Positions 47,321 to 56,810 of a DNA stretch of 64,000 nt are shown piece after piece. The DNA is from a virus, in IMG/VR virus record IMGVR_UViG_3300026292_000006, positions 15,968 to 79,967 of that record; one strand, written 5' to 3'. Position numbers and translations under genes: made by a program. Below the pieces are notes generated by a model. The model ran no database searches. It saw only the letters and a program-made list of their open reading frames with translations, and had not been told where the DNA came from. How positions within the stretch are numbered: position 1 is the stretch's first letter; every line of letters starts with the position of its first letter.

Positions 47321-47914
47321 TCAAGCACTTATGTATGTGCGTGTTGGTAATGGTAGGAAGTGTAACTTCTTCTGTGCAGGTTTTACAATACCATACTGAG
47401 ATAGAATGCAATCCTCCTCACCTATCATTAACTCAAGTGTGCTGAATGAGTCCTTACGTCCCTTAGAAGACTTCCAAACATTTGATTCAGTCAAATCTGT
47501 GTCAATAACAACCATGCCGAAAGAATCGATTTGATTGTCCTTAAAGGTGTATTTGATTGACCATACAATATTGGTCTTTGCACCACCGAAGTGTGATGTC
47601 TTGTTACCTGTTGCAAATGATGCCTTAGACTCACCACCCATGAGTTTAAACTCTACTGGTGTGTCTCTGATAACATAATCATAACCTGATACTTCCTCAC
47701 GTCTTCCATCAATTTCAAGTTTCTCAATACCTGACTCAATTACTTCATTAACAATGTATTGAAATAACTTTGTGAAGTCTGCTGTATTCATCTGCTCTTT
47801 AATATCTTGAAGAGTCTTACCATAAATACGAAACTCATCCTTGATATAACGATTTACTTCTTTAATAGTAAATTCTGTGAGTCTATCTAGGTCTTGTGTT
47901 AATACTGTTGTCAT
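47321..47914 (-). CDS. Putative PD-(D/E)xK restriction-like endonuclease
   Basis: GYDYVIRDTPVEFK (D...E-x-K) preceded by a helix with Glu; flanked by two MTases. Confidence 0.5.
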   Translation of the reverse strand: MTTVLTQDLDRLTEFTIKEVNRYIKDEFRIYGKTLQDIKEQMNTADFTKLFQYIVNEVIESGIEKLEIDGRREEVSGYDYVIRDTPVEFKLMGGESKASFATGNKTSHFGGAKTNIVWSIKYTFKDNQIDSFGMVVIDTDLTESNVWKSSKGRKDSFSTLELMIGEEDCILSQYGIVKPAQKKLHFLPLPTRTYISA

Positions 47915-48155
47915 TTGTAGATGTATTTGTTTGACTCTTTAATAATACATCATTTTCTACGCCACACAACGCATCGTGTGACACTTCCTTAACTGGCACA
48001 CTGCCCCAATGTCGAATCACCCCTGATATAATAAAACAATTAGTAATAAGATAACTGATAAAGATAAGAGATCGAATAATGACCACATAATTATCATACT
48101 CTTTCGTTGTTTCATCATTAAAACTGCCTAAACTATACTTCCAAATTCTCCACAT
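47883..48155 (-). CDS. Small membrane protein (MWRIWKYSLG..D.. IRSLIF..TNCFIISGVIRHW)
   Basis: One hydrophobic segment; a type frequent in marine T4-like phages. Confidence 0.7.
   Translation of the reverse strand: MWRIWKYSLGSFNDETTKEYDNYVVIIRSLIFISYLITNCFIISGVIRHWGSVPVKEVSHDALCGVENDVLLKSQTNTSTNDNSINTRPR
47942..48000 (-). promoter_or_regulatory. Bipartite early promoter motif, copy 6 (upstream of the putative nuclease)
   Basis: GTGCCAGT-N5-AAGTGTCACA-N29-TATTAT. Confidence 0.7.
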
Positions 48156-49066
48156 AATAATCCTAATCTTTGCCTCATAATATTTTGATAATCACTATTT
48201 AATTCACAACCAATATAATTACGTCCTAACTCTTTTGCCACCATTGCTGTTGTGCCACTACCCATAAATGGGTCAATGATGATATCACCCTTCTCACTAC
48301 CTGCCATGATGCAAGGTTTAATTAACTCAGGTGGATATACTGCAAAATGTGCTCCCTTATATCCTTTAGTTGTTACTTTCCATACTGATCTCTTGTTTCT
48401 TTTATCATACACCATTTTACGAGGACGTGTGAGTCCACTGAATGTGTTATCAGTATCTTTAGTATTATCCATATTAATGGGTGTGTTGCCACCCCATCGC
48501 TCACCTACTGCCTTCTCTTTAATTGCTTCGTGGTCATAATAATAGTTTTTACTCTTACTCAATAAAAAGATATACTCATGTGATTTAGTGCATCTATCTC
48601 TCACTGATTCTGGCATTGGATTTGGTTTATGCCAAATAATATCTTGTCTCAAATACCATCCATCTGCTCTCAGGGCAAATGCGAGCATCCAAGGGATTCC
48701 AATTAAATCCTTACTCTTATAACCTTTTAATTTATTACCTCTTAATGGTGTGCTCTGTGGTAGATCCTGTCTAGTCTTTGCTACTGATTGCTTAGGATAA
48801 TTACCATCAGACCTATAATTATAATATGAGTCACCAATATTAACCCATAAGGTGCCATCATCAGTTAAATTATCTCTGACCAGTCTGAATACATCCACCA
48901 TTTCTTTGATGTATTCCTCTGGTGACTGCTCTTGTCCAATTTGCTCATCCTTACCACCATAGTCTCTAAGACCATAATAAGGTGGTGATGTGACACACAT
49001 CCGTGCCTTCTCATCAAATTGAGTCAGTGTCTTCCTACAGTCACCAAATAATATTGTATCTCTCAA
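48128..49066 (-). CDS. DNA N4-cytosine/N6-adenine methyltransferase (beta class)
   Basis: CVTSPPYYGLRDY, WHKPNPMPES, HFAVYP, IDPFMGSGTT. Confidence 0.95.
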   Translation of the reverse strand: MRDTILFGDCRKTLTQFDEKARMCVTSPPYYGLRDYGGKDEQIGQEQSPEEYIKEMVDVFRLVRDNLTDDGTLWVNIGDSYYNYRSDGNYPKQSVAKTRQDLPQSTPLRGNKLKGYKSKDLIGIPWMLAFALRADGWYLRQDIIWHKPNPMPESVRDRCTKSHEYIFLLSKSKNYYYDHEAIKEKAVGERWGGNTPINMDNTKDTDNTFSGLTRPRKMVYDKRNKRSVWKVTTKGYKGAHFAVYPPELIKPCIMAGSEKGDIIIDPFMGSGTTAMVAKELGRNYIGCELNSDYQNIMRQRLGLLCGEFGSIV

Positions 49067-49335
49067 TCTTTTTTAGGATAGGTTATATCATATTCTATCA
49101 CTATCTTTTTACTTTGTCTACCCACTGAGTTACTTGTTTCAAGATATGTATACTCACCCTTCATTAATGCTTGCATAATATTCTTATCTAATCCACATAA
49201 GAATTCAGCATTATCTATTGCTGCTTTAACTGACTCCAGACCATCAGGTTTCTTATCCTTAGTGAAACCATTGAGATCTGTTTGTTTAGCACTCTCTAAT
49301 GCCTTGTCAATATCTAAATGAAATTCGTCACTCAT
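49063..49335 (-). CDS. Hypothetical protein
   Basis: 90 aa; SKKIVIEY C-terminus. Confidence 0.75.
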   Translation of the reverse strand: MSDEFHLDIDKALESAKQTDLNGFTKDKKPDGLESVKAAIDNAEFLCGLDKNIMQALMKGEYTYLETSNSVGRQSKKIVIEYDITYPKKD

Positions 49336-49511
49336 TGCTTTGTTGTATTGCTGCGTGTCCTATTAATAATGCTGATAAACTTATCACCAGCAAATGTACC
49401 ACCTAGACATACATCTATTTCATCACCATCTTTCCAGTTGGTCTCACCATTCATTTTGGTGTGTGTCATTGCTAATTGAATTTGATCAATTACCTTTTGT
49501 GTTAATCTCAT
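49332..49511 (-). CDS. 59-aa hypothetical protein MRLTQKVIDQIQLAMTHTKMNGETNWKDGDEIDVCLGG... (not in the ORF track)
   Basis: ATGA overlaps at both ends. Confidence 0.75.
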   Translation of the reverse strand: MRLTQKVIDQIQLAMTHTKMNGETNWKDGDEIDVCLGGTFAGDKFISIINRTRSNTTKQ

Positions 49512-49846
49512 TTCTTTTTACCTGTAATATCTGATGGTAAATCTTCATTACCAGGATGGTCATTTACCTTACCTTTATAACTCTTATGGTTATAAAAATG
49601 CTCATCCTCAATATACATATCTTCCCATTCGTGGGGATATACTAATACCACTGTCTCTCTATATCCATGCATTGAGTTAGGATCTTCCCAACGATTTGTG
49701 CTAACAGTAATATAATCATCACTTACAAATGTAATAAGACCTGCTTCACCGTCCTTAAGTTTAACCTTCATCCCTACCTTCAGAGATTTGAGTATATTTC
49801 TTAATTCCAATCTTACTGCCTCCGATAATAGAATAGGTATTGTCAT
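49508..49846 (-). CDS. Hypothetical protein (SH3-like VGMKVK..GLITFVSDDYIT)
   Basis: Probable start MTIPILL, coupled to the upstream stop. Confidence 0.7.
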   Translation of the reverse strand: MTIPILLSEAVRLELRNILKSLKVGMKVKLKDGEAGLITFVSDDYITVSTNRWEDPNSMHGYRETVVLVYPHEWEDMYIEDEHFYNHKSYKGKVNDHPGNEDLPSDITGKKK

Positions 49847-50463
49847 AATGTTAAATAGCAATCATCAAATCCAAATGCACCCTTGAGATAATAATTAAAT
49901 GCTAAACTATATCTCTTCTCATCACTATTATTAACATTAATAGTATGTGGTAGATGTGATGGGAATAATATAATCATTCCATCAACAGGTTGAATAACTG
50001 CTTCCCTCATATTATAGATGTTAGACTCTACAATATCAGGTAATACTGTCTGTGTCACATATGTTGGAAACATTGCAGGTACATGAAACAGTATCTCACC
50101 AGAATCAGGTGGTATTTTAAAATACATTACACCACTAAACATACTATTAGTATGTGAATGACCTGCACCTTGGTCTCCTTTATGGTGTATATTAATCCAT
50201 GATGATTGATGACACAATGTGTGTCTCTCCATACCAATACCTAACACTTTAGTTAGATAATGCCACAGATATTGTTCTGCTACTGATTTAATCTCAGGAT
50301 TAGAATTTAACCACTGAGTATTCTTTGACATGCCACCATTATTCTCTACATTATTAAGGAAATGATAATCAGTCCTCATAACATCAGACACCATTTGATC
50401 ATTAATATCAAACATGTCAATGTATACTGGTTGAGAGAATAAAGGTAATACTTGTCCAGTCAT
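49843..50463 (-). CDS. 2OG-Fe(II) oxygenase (TIGR02466-like)
   Basis: LFSQPV, SWIN, HSHTNS.FSGVMY, FPSHLPH, RYSLAFN. Confidence 0.9.
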   Translation of the reverse strand: MTGQVLPLFSQPVYIDMFDINDQMVSDVMRTDYHFLNNVENNGGMSKNTQWLNSNPEIKSVAEQYLWHYLTKVLGIGMERHTLCHQSSWINIHHKGDQGAGHSHTNSMFSGVMYFKIPPDSGEILFHVPAMFPTYVTQTVLPDIVESNIYNMREAVIQPVDGMIILFPSHLPHTINVNNSDEKRYSLAFNYYLKGAFGFDDCYLTL

Positions 50464-50693
50464 CGTAGATGTAATTTCTCAGCGATATGATATATTAAAT
50501 CATGTTGTTCCTTAGGTAGTTTACCTTCAGAATTATATGATTGTTTAGCATAAGTAAATAATGCTTTCTTAAGAAGATGTTTCTCCTTAGAGTTCAGTAA
50601 TGATGTTACTGGCATTGCAGTGGATGACATTTTATCCTTAGGATCAGTGTAGTCTATCATAGTTATACCCCATTTTGTCGCATCTGCAACCAA
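50460..50693 (-). CDS. Hypothetical protein
   Basis: Short ORF, LLKKALF..KLHL. Confidence 0.65.
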   Translation of the reverse strand: MVADATKWGITMIDYTDPKDKMSSTAMPVTSLLNSKEKHLLKKALFTYAKQSYNSEGKLPKEQHDLIYHIAEKLHLR

Positions 50694-51373
50694 ATCTTAC
50701 TGACTGTGTTGGGATCAAAACCTGCGATGCCTCGATCATGGACAGGTGGCATACCATTCATTTCATGCTCCACAAACAACTTCTGACGTGTTTCTGGATC
50801 CATGTATTTGTATGTAAGTATATATCTGTTGTGTTTATACTTGGGTGTTGGTGGTCTGCCTGTGTGTGGTATCCTCCCATCAAATATAACCACTCTACCT
50901 GGTCTTGGTTGACATAATCTCACTGCATCTAAATCATGGTTAAAGAATATAGTCTCCCCTCCCCACTGTGGATCCCACTGTGGATTCATGTATATTAATA
51001 CTGTCTGGTTATCCTCTACAAAATATGGTGCATCAACATGTATACCAGGATCATTTCCCTCTCTTAATACATTAATATAACTGCTGTATAAATTGGCACG
51101 AGGGGGCATTCCTGGGCAATTTTGTTCCAAATAATTGAGTATATCTAAGTAGATTGGATCCTCACTACCTGGTACACCTGCATGCTGAAACCACTCAGGG
51201 TCATCAATGGGTGTGAAGTTATGAAACTGGTGTGTCCAGTATAATCCTTGTTGATCTAACTCTGGTGACTGCTCAGTCGGTGGTGCATCAATACGTGTGA
51301 ATGTATAAGGAAGATGTACTATCTTCTCAAACATTTCCCATGATGTTAGTTTTGTATCGTATATTTTAATCAT
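50663..51373 (-). CDS. 2OG-Fe(II) oxygenase (prolyl-4-hydroxylase-like)
   Basis: HVD, YMNPQWDPQWGGET, PGRVVIFDG.IPH, RY. Confidence 0.9.
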   Translation of the reverse strand: MIKIYDTKLTSWEMFEKIVHLPYTFTRIDAPPTEQSPELDQQGLYWTHQFHNFTPIDDPEWFQHAGVPGSEDPIYLDILNYLEQNCPGMPPRANLYSSYINVLREGNDPGIHVDAPYFVEDNQTVLIYMNPQWDPQWGGETIFFNHDLDAVRLCQPRPGRVVIFDGRIPHTGRPPTPKYKHNRYILTYKYMDPETRQKLFVEHEMNGMPPVHDRGIAGFDPNTVSKIWLQMRQNGV

Positions 51374-51999
51374 GGGTTAAACTCATAGTGTCCCATTATA
51401 TTGATTGACATAATATATCTATCCTCATCACTGGCACTCTTCTCAGTCTTATGCTTCAACCATCCTGGAAAGAATAATACATCACCAGTCTTAACATCAA
51501 CAGGTGCGAAATCATAACCACTATCATAATAGTAATAGTTTAATGGTTCACCTTGCTTCTGTAATTCCATTGGATTCTTCATCAAGATCCGACCACTACC
51601 TTCTGGTACATGTAGATAGCATGATACTGCCACTTGTACATTTTGGTGATGATGCTCCTTAGTATATGCACCTCTAGGATGTCTATTGATCCATGACTGT
51701 GAAATATGTTTACCCTGTGGTGCTAATCTCCATCGCTCCCATATCTCATTGATACGTGGATATAAGAAATTATCTCTGAAGTCATGGAAATGATCCCAAT
51801 CATGTGGTGGATACATATTTGCCATCACAACTGTAGTGACACCACCATCCTTCTCTAAGGTATCAAATTTCTTTGCCTTAGTCATACTATCTGCCTGAGC
51901 AATATACTCATCCACCCTATCCTTTACAGCAGGGAAATTAAAATCATAGTTATCCTTGTAGATATATGGATGTGGATTAATTGGTTCAAGGTAACTCAT
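51370..51999 (-). CDS. 2OG-Fe(II) oxygenase (TIGR02466-like)
   Basis: SWIN, HHH, GDVLFFPGWLKH, RYIMSIN. Confidence 0.9.
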   Translation of the reverse strand: MSYLEPINPHPYIYKDNYDFNFPAVKDRVDEYIAQADSMTKAKKFDTLEKDGGVTTVVMANMYPPHDWDHFHDFRDNFLYPRINEIWERWRLAPQGKHISQSWINRHPRGAYTKEHHHQNVQVAVSCYLHVPEGSGRILMKNPMELQKQGEPLNYYYYDSGYDFAPVDVKTGDVLFFPGWLKHKTEKSASDEDRYIMSINIMGHYEFNP

Positions 52000-52708
52000 A
52001 ATACTTTCTGTCTATTCTCTTTAAGTGTGGTGTATCTTCCTCAGGGAAGAATATATCTTGCATGGGTATGCTCATACTTAATCGTTTAGTTAATGGTTGA
52101 GCATAGTGCCAGCACCTCGCTGGTATGTATAACATATCACCTGGTTTAAGCATAACATCAACTGCTATATCCATTTCCTCTTGTGGTATAGGACAAAAGT
52201 CCTCTTGTCCTATTAATTGACTACTCCTATTATTATACACTGTCCAGTGTGTCTGCCCATCTATTTGTAATATAAAATTCTGTGCTAAGTCCTCATGTAT
52301 TTTAAATGATTTACTACCACCCCATCCACAATATATGTGCATTGCTGCTATTACTCTGGGGAAATATTTCTCTACATCTGCAAGTATCTCCTGATTCTTC
52401 CTATGAATAAACTCTGCGTTGTTTACTATCATGGTGTGACCATCAGTAAACATATCCATTAGTATACTTTGCTCACAACATGGTGGGTCAGACCATAATC
52501 TCTTCCACCGTGGAAATTCTAATATACTATTATTATTCTTATTGATAAACTTTAAATCATAGAACCATGGGTTATTAATACAATGCTCTACATCCTTCCA
52601 AGTACAGTATATACTGGGATCATCAATAATACCCTTGAAATACTGTGGACTATCATCAGTACTCCATTGTTTATTTGCTATTAGATTCGTAAGCAGCGAA
52701 GAGATCAT
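51986..52708 (-). CDS. JmjC/cupin-4 (YcfD/ROX-like) protein hydroxylase
   Basis: SFKIHED..NFILQIDG..W, LKPGDMLYIPARCWHYA. Confidence 0.85.
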   Translation of the reverse strand: MISSLLTNLIANKQWSTDDSPQYFKGIIDDPSIYCTWKDVEHCINNPWFYDLKFINKNNNSILEFPRWKRLWSDPPCCEQSILMDMFTDGHTMIVNNAEFIHRKNQEILADVEKYFPRVIAAMHIYCGWGGSKSFKIHEDLAQNFILQIDGQTHWTVYNNRSSQLIGQEDFCPIPQEEMDIAVDVMLKPGDMLYIPARCWHYAQPLTKRLSMSIPMQDIFFPEEDTPHLKRIDRKYYELP

Positions 52709-53333
52709 AATCTGATTTGATATTAAAGTTTAATACTACCCTCCAAGGATTAGTAGTAGGATTAGATGAAGAATGATATTGGTGTCCATTAAAGAATACA
52801 AACTTATTTGCTTCAGGTTTCTCCCTGTGACCAATAGTATAGTCCTGAGTTCTACCTCTCATCCATCTATCCTCAATTGTACCATAAGCAGGATCATCAA
52901 ACTGATCAAAGAATACTGTTTCACCAGATGAGTCATGAAAATAAAATAGACCAGCATAATGATCCTCCTCACTATCTGTATGAGGTGCATTATGGTGATC
53001 TATACCATTATTTAATTGTAATGCTAATCTTAATCGAAATATCTTTACAGGGACATTAAACATACTCTCAACAGTATCTACCAGTCCATAAAAATAGGGT
53101 AAGTAAGGACTCTCTATACCCCCTTGATCTAATAAAAGATGAGTGAAACCACATGATTTCTGTCTATCTGGTATTTCTAATAGTTCTTGACTACCAAATT
53201 TAAAACCAGTGGTATCTATTGCAACATCCTCTGATAAGAAATACCAAGGGAATCCATTCATACCTGACACTAGGTCAAATAGACGAAATAGATATTTCTT
53301 TGGCAGTAGATTTCTCTCTCGGATAAATTCCAT
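52671..53333 (-). CDS. 2OG-Fe(II) oxygenase
   Basis: FPWY, PHTD, GETVFF, FNG..YHSS, RVVLNFN. Confidence 0.88.
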   Translation of the reverse strand: MEFIRERNLLPKKYLFRLFDLVSGMNGFPWYFLSEDVAIDTTGFKFGSQELLEIPDRQKSCGFTHLLLDQGGIESPYLPYFYGLVDTVESMFNVPVKIFRLRLALQLNNGIDHHNAPHTDSEEDHYAGLFYFHDSSGETVFFDQFDDPAYGTIEDRWMRGRTQDYTIGHREKPEANKFVFFNGHQYHSSSNPTTNPWRVVLNFNIKSDYDLFAAYESNSK

Positions 53334-53955
53334 AATAATGTTTTGAGTATGCTGAGATATTAAATGATATAGAGATACGTTCTTCGTCACTGCTACTCTT
53401 ATGTACCCTATGCATTAAATATGCAGGAAAGAATAATAGAGTATCATCCTGTGGATATACATCATACTCATCATCATTATATTCATTATGATGACCTCTA
53501 TTGAAATTAGCATTACAACCCCATGCCTCTTTCATATGAATCTTATCAAATGTATTCATAAATGTGATGTTACCTGAGCAACACTCTGGTACATGTAAAT
53601 AATATGCTCCAGATAATACAGCACCAGGATGTGTGTGTACTACGTTGTTGTCTCCTCTCTTATTAACATTAATCCAAAGGTTAGTCATCTTAAGACTATA
53701 ATCTTTGAATGACCACTCATCACATACTACATAAGCATGTCGTAAGATAGCATCTTTAATATCCTTTAAGGGATTAGTGTCACAGATATGCTCCATGAAA
53801 TCCCATGATTGCCATCCTCCTTCATTAGAGGATACTCTACCATTAGGATCTTCTTCCCTTACATATTTGATAAAATCTAATAGTGGTTGTTTCTCAACAC
53901 CAACCTTAGGGATTTCCCACAGGGGTGTCGGAAACAATAGTGTTGTCTTCATCAT
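53275..53955 (-). CDS. 2OG-Fe(II) oxygenase (TIGR02466-like)
   Basis: LFPTP, SNEGGWQS, WINVN, HTHPG.LSGAYY, FPAYLMH, RISISFN. Confidence 0.92.
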   Translation of the reverse strand: MMKTTLLFPTPLWEIPKVGVEKQPLLDFIKYVREEDPNGRVSSNEGGWQSWDFMEHICDTNPLKDIKDAILRHAYVVCDEWSFKDYSLKMTNLWINVNKRGDNNVVHTHPGAVLSGAYYLHVPECCSGNITFMNTFDKIHMKEAWGCNANFNRGHHNEYNDDEYDVYPQDDTLLFFPAYLMHRVHKSSSDEERISISFNISAYSKHYYGIYPREKSTAKEISISSI

Positions 53956-54340
53956 TAAATACGAAATCTCTATCTGTGCAATTAGGATCTACATGCTTCT
54001 TATACAATGCCATTGCTTCAATAGCACCAGTCAACTTATTAAGATGATCTTTCTTCTCTTGCAAGTCCTCTAGTGAAATACGAGTAATAGTACTTGTGTA
54101 GTGCATATTATCTAATGCTTCCTGCAACTTATTATACTCTTCCATAGTATTATGGTGTTGCTGTAGGAAATTCATAACAAGTTGATCGAAAGAAATCAAT
54201 TCACCCTCAGGTAGCGTTGTATCTTCATTCGACAACTCAATACCAGCAACTTCTTTAAGATCAACCTCAACTACTTCTTCAGTTGCCTGTTGTGCTCTGA
54301 TAGCAGGTGTGCTTGCTCTCTCGTTGGTAATGTCTGCCAT
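53906..54340 (-). CDS. Acidic coiled-coil hypothetical protein
   Basis: 144 aa, embedded in the enzyme operon. Confidence 0.75.
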   Translation of the reverse strand: MADITNERASTPAIRAQQATEEVVEVDLKEVAGIELSNEDTTLPEGELISFDQLVMNFLQQHHNTMEEYNKLQEALDNMHYTSTITRISLEDLQEKKDHLNKLTGAIEAMALYKKHVDPNCTDRDFVFNDEDNTIVSDTPVGNP

Positions 54341-55225
54341 TTAATTAAACCTCTTGATGTTTTTATTTAGTTTGAGAATTTTAGTGTTAGATTCAATTCT
54401 ATCTTTTAGGATATCAGTCTCAAGAAAATTCTTACGTCTTCGATATTCCATTATATCATTATTTTCTTGATCCCACTTGTTTTGTGTCTCCACTCTAACA
54501 TCCCATCCTTTCATTGTCAAGAAGTCTCGATGCACTGGTACCCACTGTGCTAATGGTGTACCTGCTTCTAATAGATACTCACCTGCTTCTACCTTATGCC
54601 AGAATAATTGTAGATTGATTTCATATGAGTATGATGGATCCGCAATGCCAGTAGGTACTGTGAATCTATCCTCCTCATAGTATGGGATAGGAATCTGCAT
54701 GAATACCACGTCAGGATGTGCTTGCACCCTCCAAGGCAACTCTAATTTAATAGTCCAGTCTAATACTGGTTTGGTGTGGTCAACAGTCTCACGCATGCCT
54801 ATGGTCTGCTCAGGGATATGTGCCTTGACATAATTCTGTCCATAATTAAATAATGCTTGTGACATCCACTGGAAATTAACACCAGTGCCATCTGTCTGAA
54901 TTAGAATATCGGCAGGTAAGGGCAAAATATAACCACTGTCCATTACTTTAGTAACAGCAGGACATGTGACACCATGAGTATAGTTTTGTGGTATCTTTTT
55001 CTGCTCACCCTTCATCTCTGTCTCTAGTCTATTCCACATCCGTGATGCTTTCAACCAAGGACACTTACGTTCCTCACTATTCCTAGCACCTTGATCTTTT
55101 AGTGCTTGTGTCCTCCATTTCCTATGTAATTTCCTAGCAGGGAACCATGGATGCAAGTCAGCAACACCAGCATCTACTGAGTACCACCTCACCCAAGGTT
55201 TCTTCTTTTTAAACAGATTAAACAT
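54341..55225 (-). CDS. Hypothetical protein with a probable dUTPase-like beta fold (TCPA..GYILP..D / PW / GTPLAQ.VP family)
   Basis: Motifs of a family I recall accompanying phage oxygenase clusters. Confidence 0.6.
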   Translation of the reverse strand: MFNLFKKKKPWVRWYSVDAGVADLHPWFPARKLHRKWRTQALKDQGARNSEERKCPWLKASRMWNRLETEMKGEQKKIPQNYTHGVTCPAVTKVMDSGYILPLPADILIQTDGTGVNFQWMSQALFNYGQNYVKAHIPEQTIGMRETVDHTKPVLDWTIKLELPWRVQAHPDVVFMQIPIPYYEEDRFTVPTGIADPSYSYEINLQLFWHKVEAGEYLLEAGTPLAQWVPVHRDFLTMKGWDVRVETQNKWDQENNDIMEYRRRKNFLETDILKDRIESNTKILKLNKNIKRFN

Positions 55226-56810
55226 AGATGTTATCTCTTAAGTATTCATAATGTGATGGTTGTGTTCTACACCACTCTAATAGTTTTTTCTTATCTGCTT
55301 GCCACATTTCATGACACTCATCTAAGTCTGGATGATTAGAACTACCAGCAAATGATGCACGTTCTTTATATAATTGCTCAGTGATTGGTCTCCATCCCAT
55401 ACCTGCTGCAATATACATCTGTCCAGTATATCCAGAGTTTTGGAATGCTCCACCATCAAGACTATCCAGTATTGCCCAGACCAGTTTCATTGCAATCGCA
55501 TCTGATTCAGCATAATGTCCTCCATGATCCATTTGCACATCTAAACAATCTCTCCAATACTGTGTATCAGTCCTTTGAGCAAGTGTATAATGCATAACAA
55601 TGAAATTCTTCATTGCTTCTATCATATTATTTGTGACAAAATTAAATGAATCTATATCTACACGGGAAATAAACCCGTGTCTCCTTGAGAGAGCATCACA
55701 TAATAGTATAGCAGATTCATGTGTAGTCATCAACCCTGTTGATTCTAATGGTTCCAAGAAACCATATGATAATCCTACTGCTACAACATTCTTAGTCCAT
55801 GCCTTCTCATGTTTACCATGCTTCATCTTAATGGGCGTGAAGTGGCATTTCTGGACATTCTCAGGTGAATATCTATCTGAAAGGTACCTCTTAAATTCTA
55901 GTAGTGCCTGACCATCATCAATATAATCACTAGAGTATACATAACCAGTACCAACTCTATTCCACAGTGGAATATTCCAACACCAACCATTATCATGTGC
56001 TACACAATCTGTGTAGGTCTCCATCTGTGTTGTTTTATCAGTGTATTCAATGTGTGTTGCTATTGCCCTGTCATTAAATAGTTTATCTTTAAATGAAATG
56101 AATGGAACTTCCATGTGTTGTTCCAATAGCAATGATTTAAACCCTGTGCAATCAACATACAAATCAGATTGAATACATGCACCCTCTTTAGTAATAACTG
56201 CTGAGATTTCACCGTTGGGTCTCTTCATTACCTGTTCAATGTCACCTTTAATATGATGGACACCATTAGGTATTGCTACATTATCTCTAAGATACTCACC
56301 AAATAGATCAGCATCAAAATGATATGCTGTATCATCATTGAATACAAAATTACCACAATTCTTATCATCATGGTCAGCAGGTAGTCTACATTCCTCTGCT
56401 AGAAATGTTTGATGATTACAATAACGTGCAAACTCACTTGGTGGATATAATTCCTCACCATACTGTGACTGTAACTCAAAGAATGTTACTGGTGTTCCTT
56501 TATAGTCATTAAACAAATCAAAATTACCAAAAGGATATTGAAATCTTTCTCCCTTACCTTCTCTAAAATTCTTAAATGCTATTGATGTTTTATATGTTGC
56601 ATTACATTTAGACATCCAATCCTTATCTTCTAGTCCCAACCTACGCAAGAACCTATTGAAATGTCCTAGTGTTGACTCTCCTACTCCAATTCTTTTTACT
56701 TTCTCTGATTCAATTAGTGCTATCTCATACTTACCTAAGGATGATAACAGTGCTGCTGTCATCCATCCTGAGGATCCACCACCAACAATAGTAATAGACT
56801 CAATTTGCAT
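55218..56810 (-). CDS. Flavin-dependent halogenase (tryptophan halogenase/PrnA-like)
   Basis: VGGGSSG, GVGEST, ATYK (catalytic Lys), FQYPFG, DCTGF, WCWNIP, FLEPLESTG. Confidence 0.92.
   Translation of the reverse strand: MQIESITIVGGGSSGWMTAALLSSLGKYEIALIESEKVKRIGVGESTLGHFNRFLRRLGLEDKDWMSKCNATYKTSIAFKNFREGKGERFQYPFGNFDLFNDYKGTPVTFFELQSQYGEELYPPSEFARYCNHQTFLAEECRLPADHDDKNCGNFVFNDDTAYHFDADLFGEYLRDNVAIPNGVHHIKGDIEQVMKRPNGEISAVITKEGACIQSDLYVDCTGFKSLLLEQHMEVPFISFKDKLFNDRAIATHIEYTDKTTQMETYTDCVAHDNGWCWNIPLWNRVGTGYVYSSDYIDDGQALLEFKRYLSDRYSPENVQKCHFTPIKMKHGKHEKAWTKNVVAVGLSYGFLEPLESTGLMTTHESAILLCDALSRRHGFISRVDIDSFNFVTNNMIEAMKNFIVMHYTLAQRTDTQYWRDCLDVQMDHGGHYAESDAIAMKLVWAILDSLDGGAFQNSGYTGQMYIAAGMGWRPITEQLYKERASFAGSSNHPDLDECHEMWQADKKKLLEWCRTQPSHYEYLRDNIYV

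Noticed and set aside
53906-54340. RiPP precursor peptide for the enzyme cluster
   Set aside because: No leader, cleavage or core pattern; it looks like a plain acidic coiled coil.
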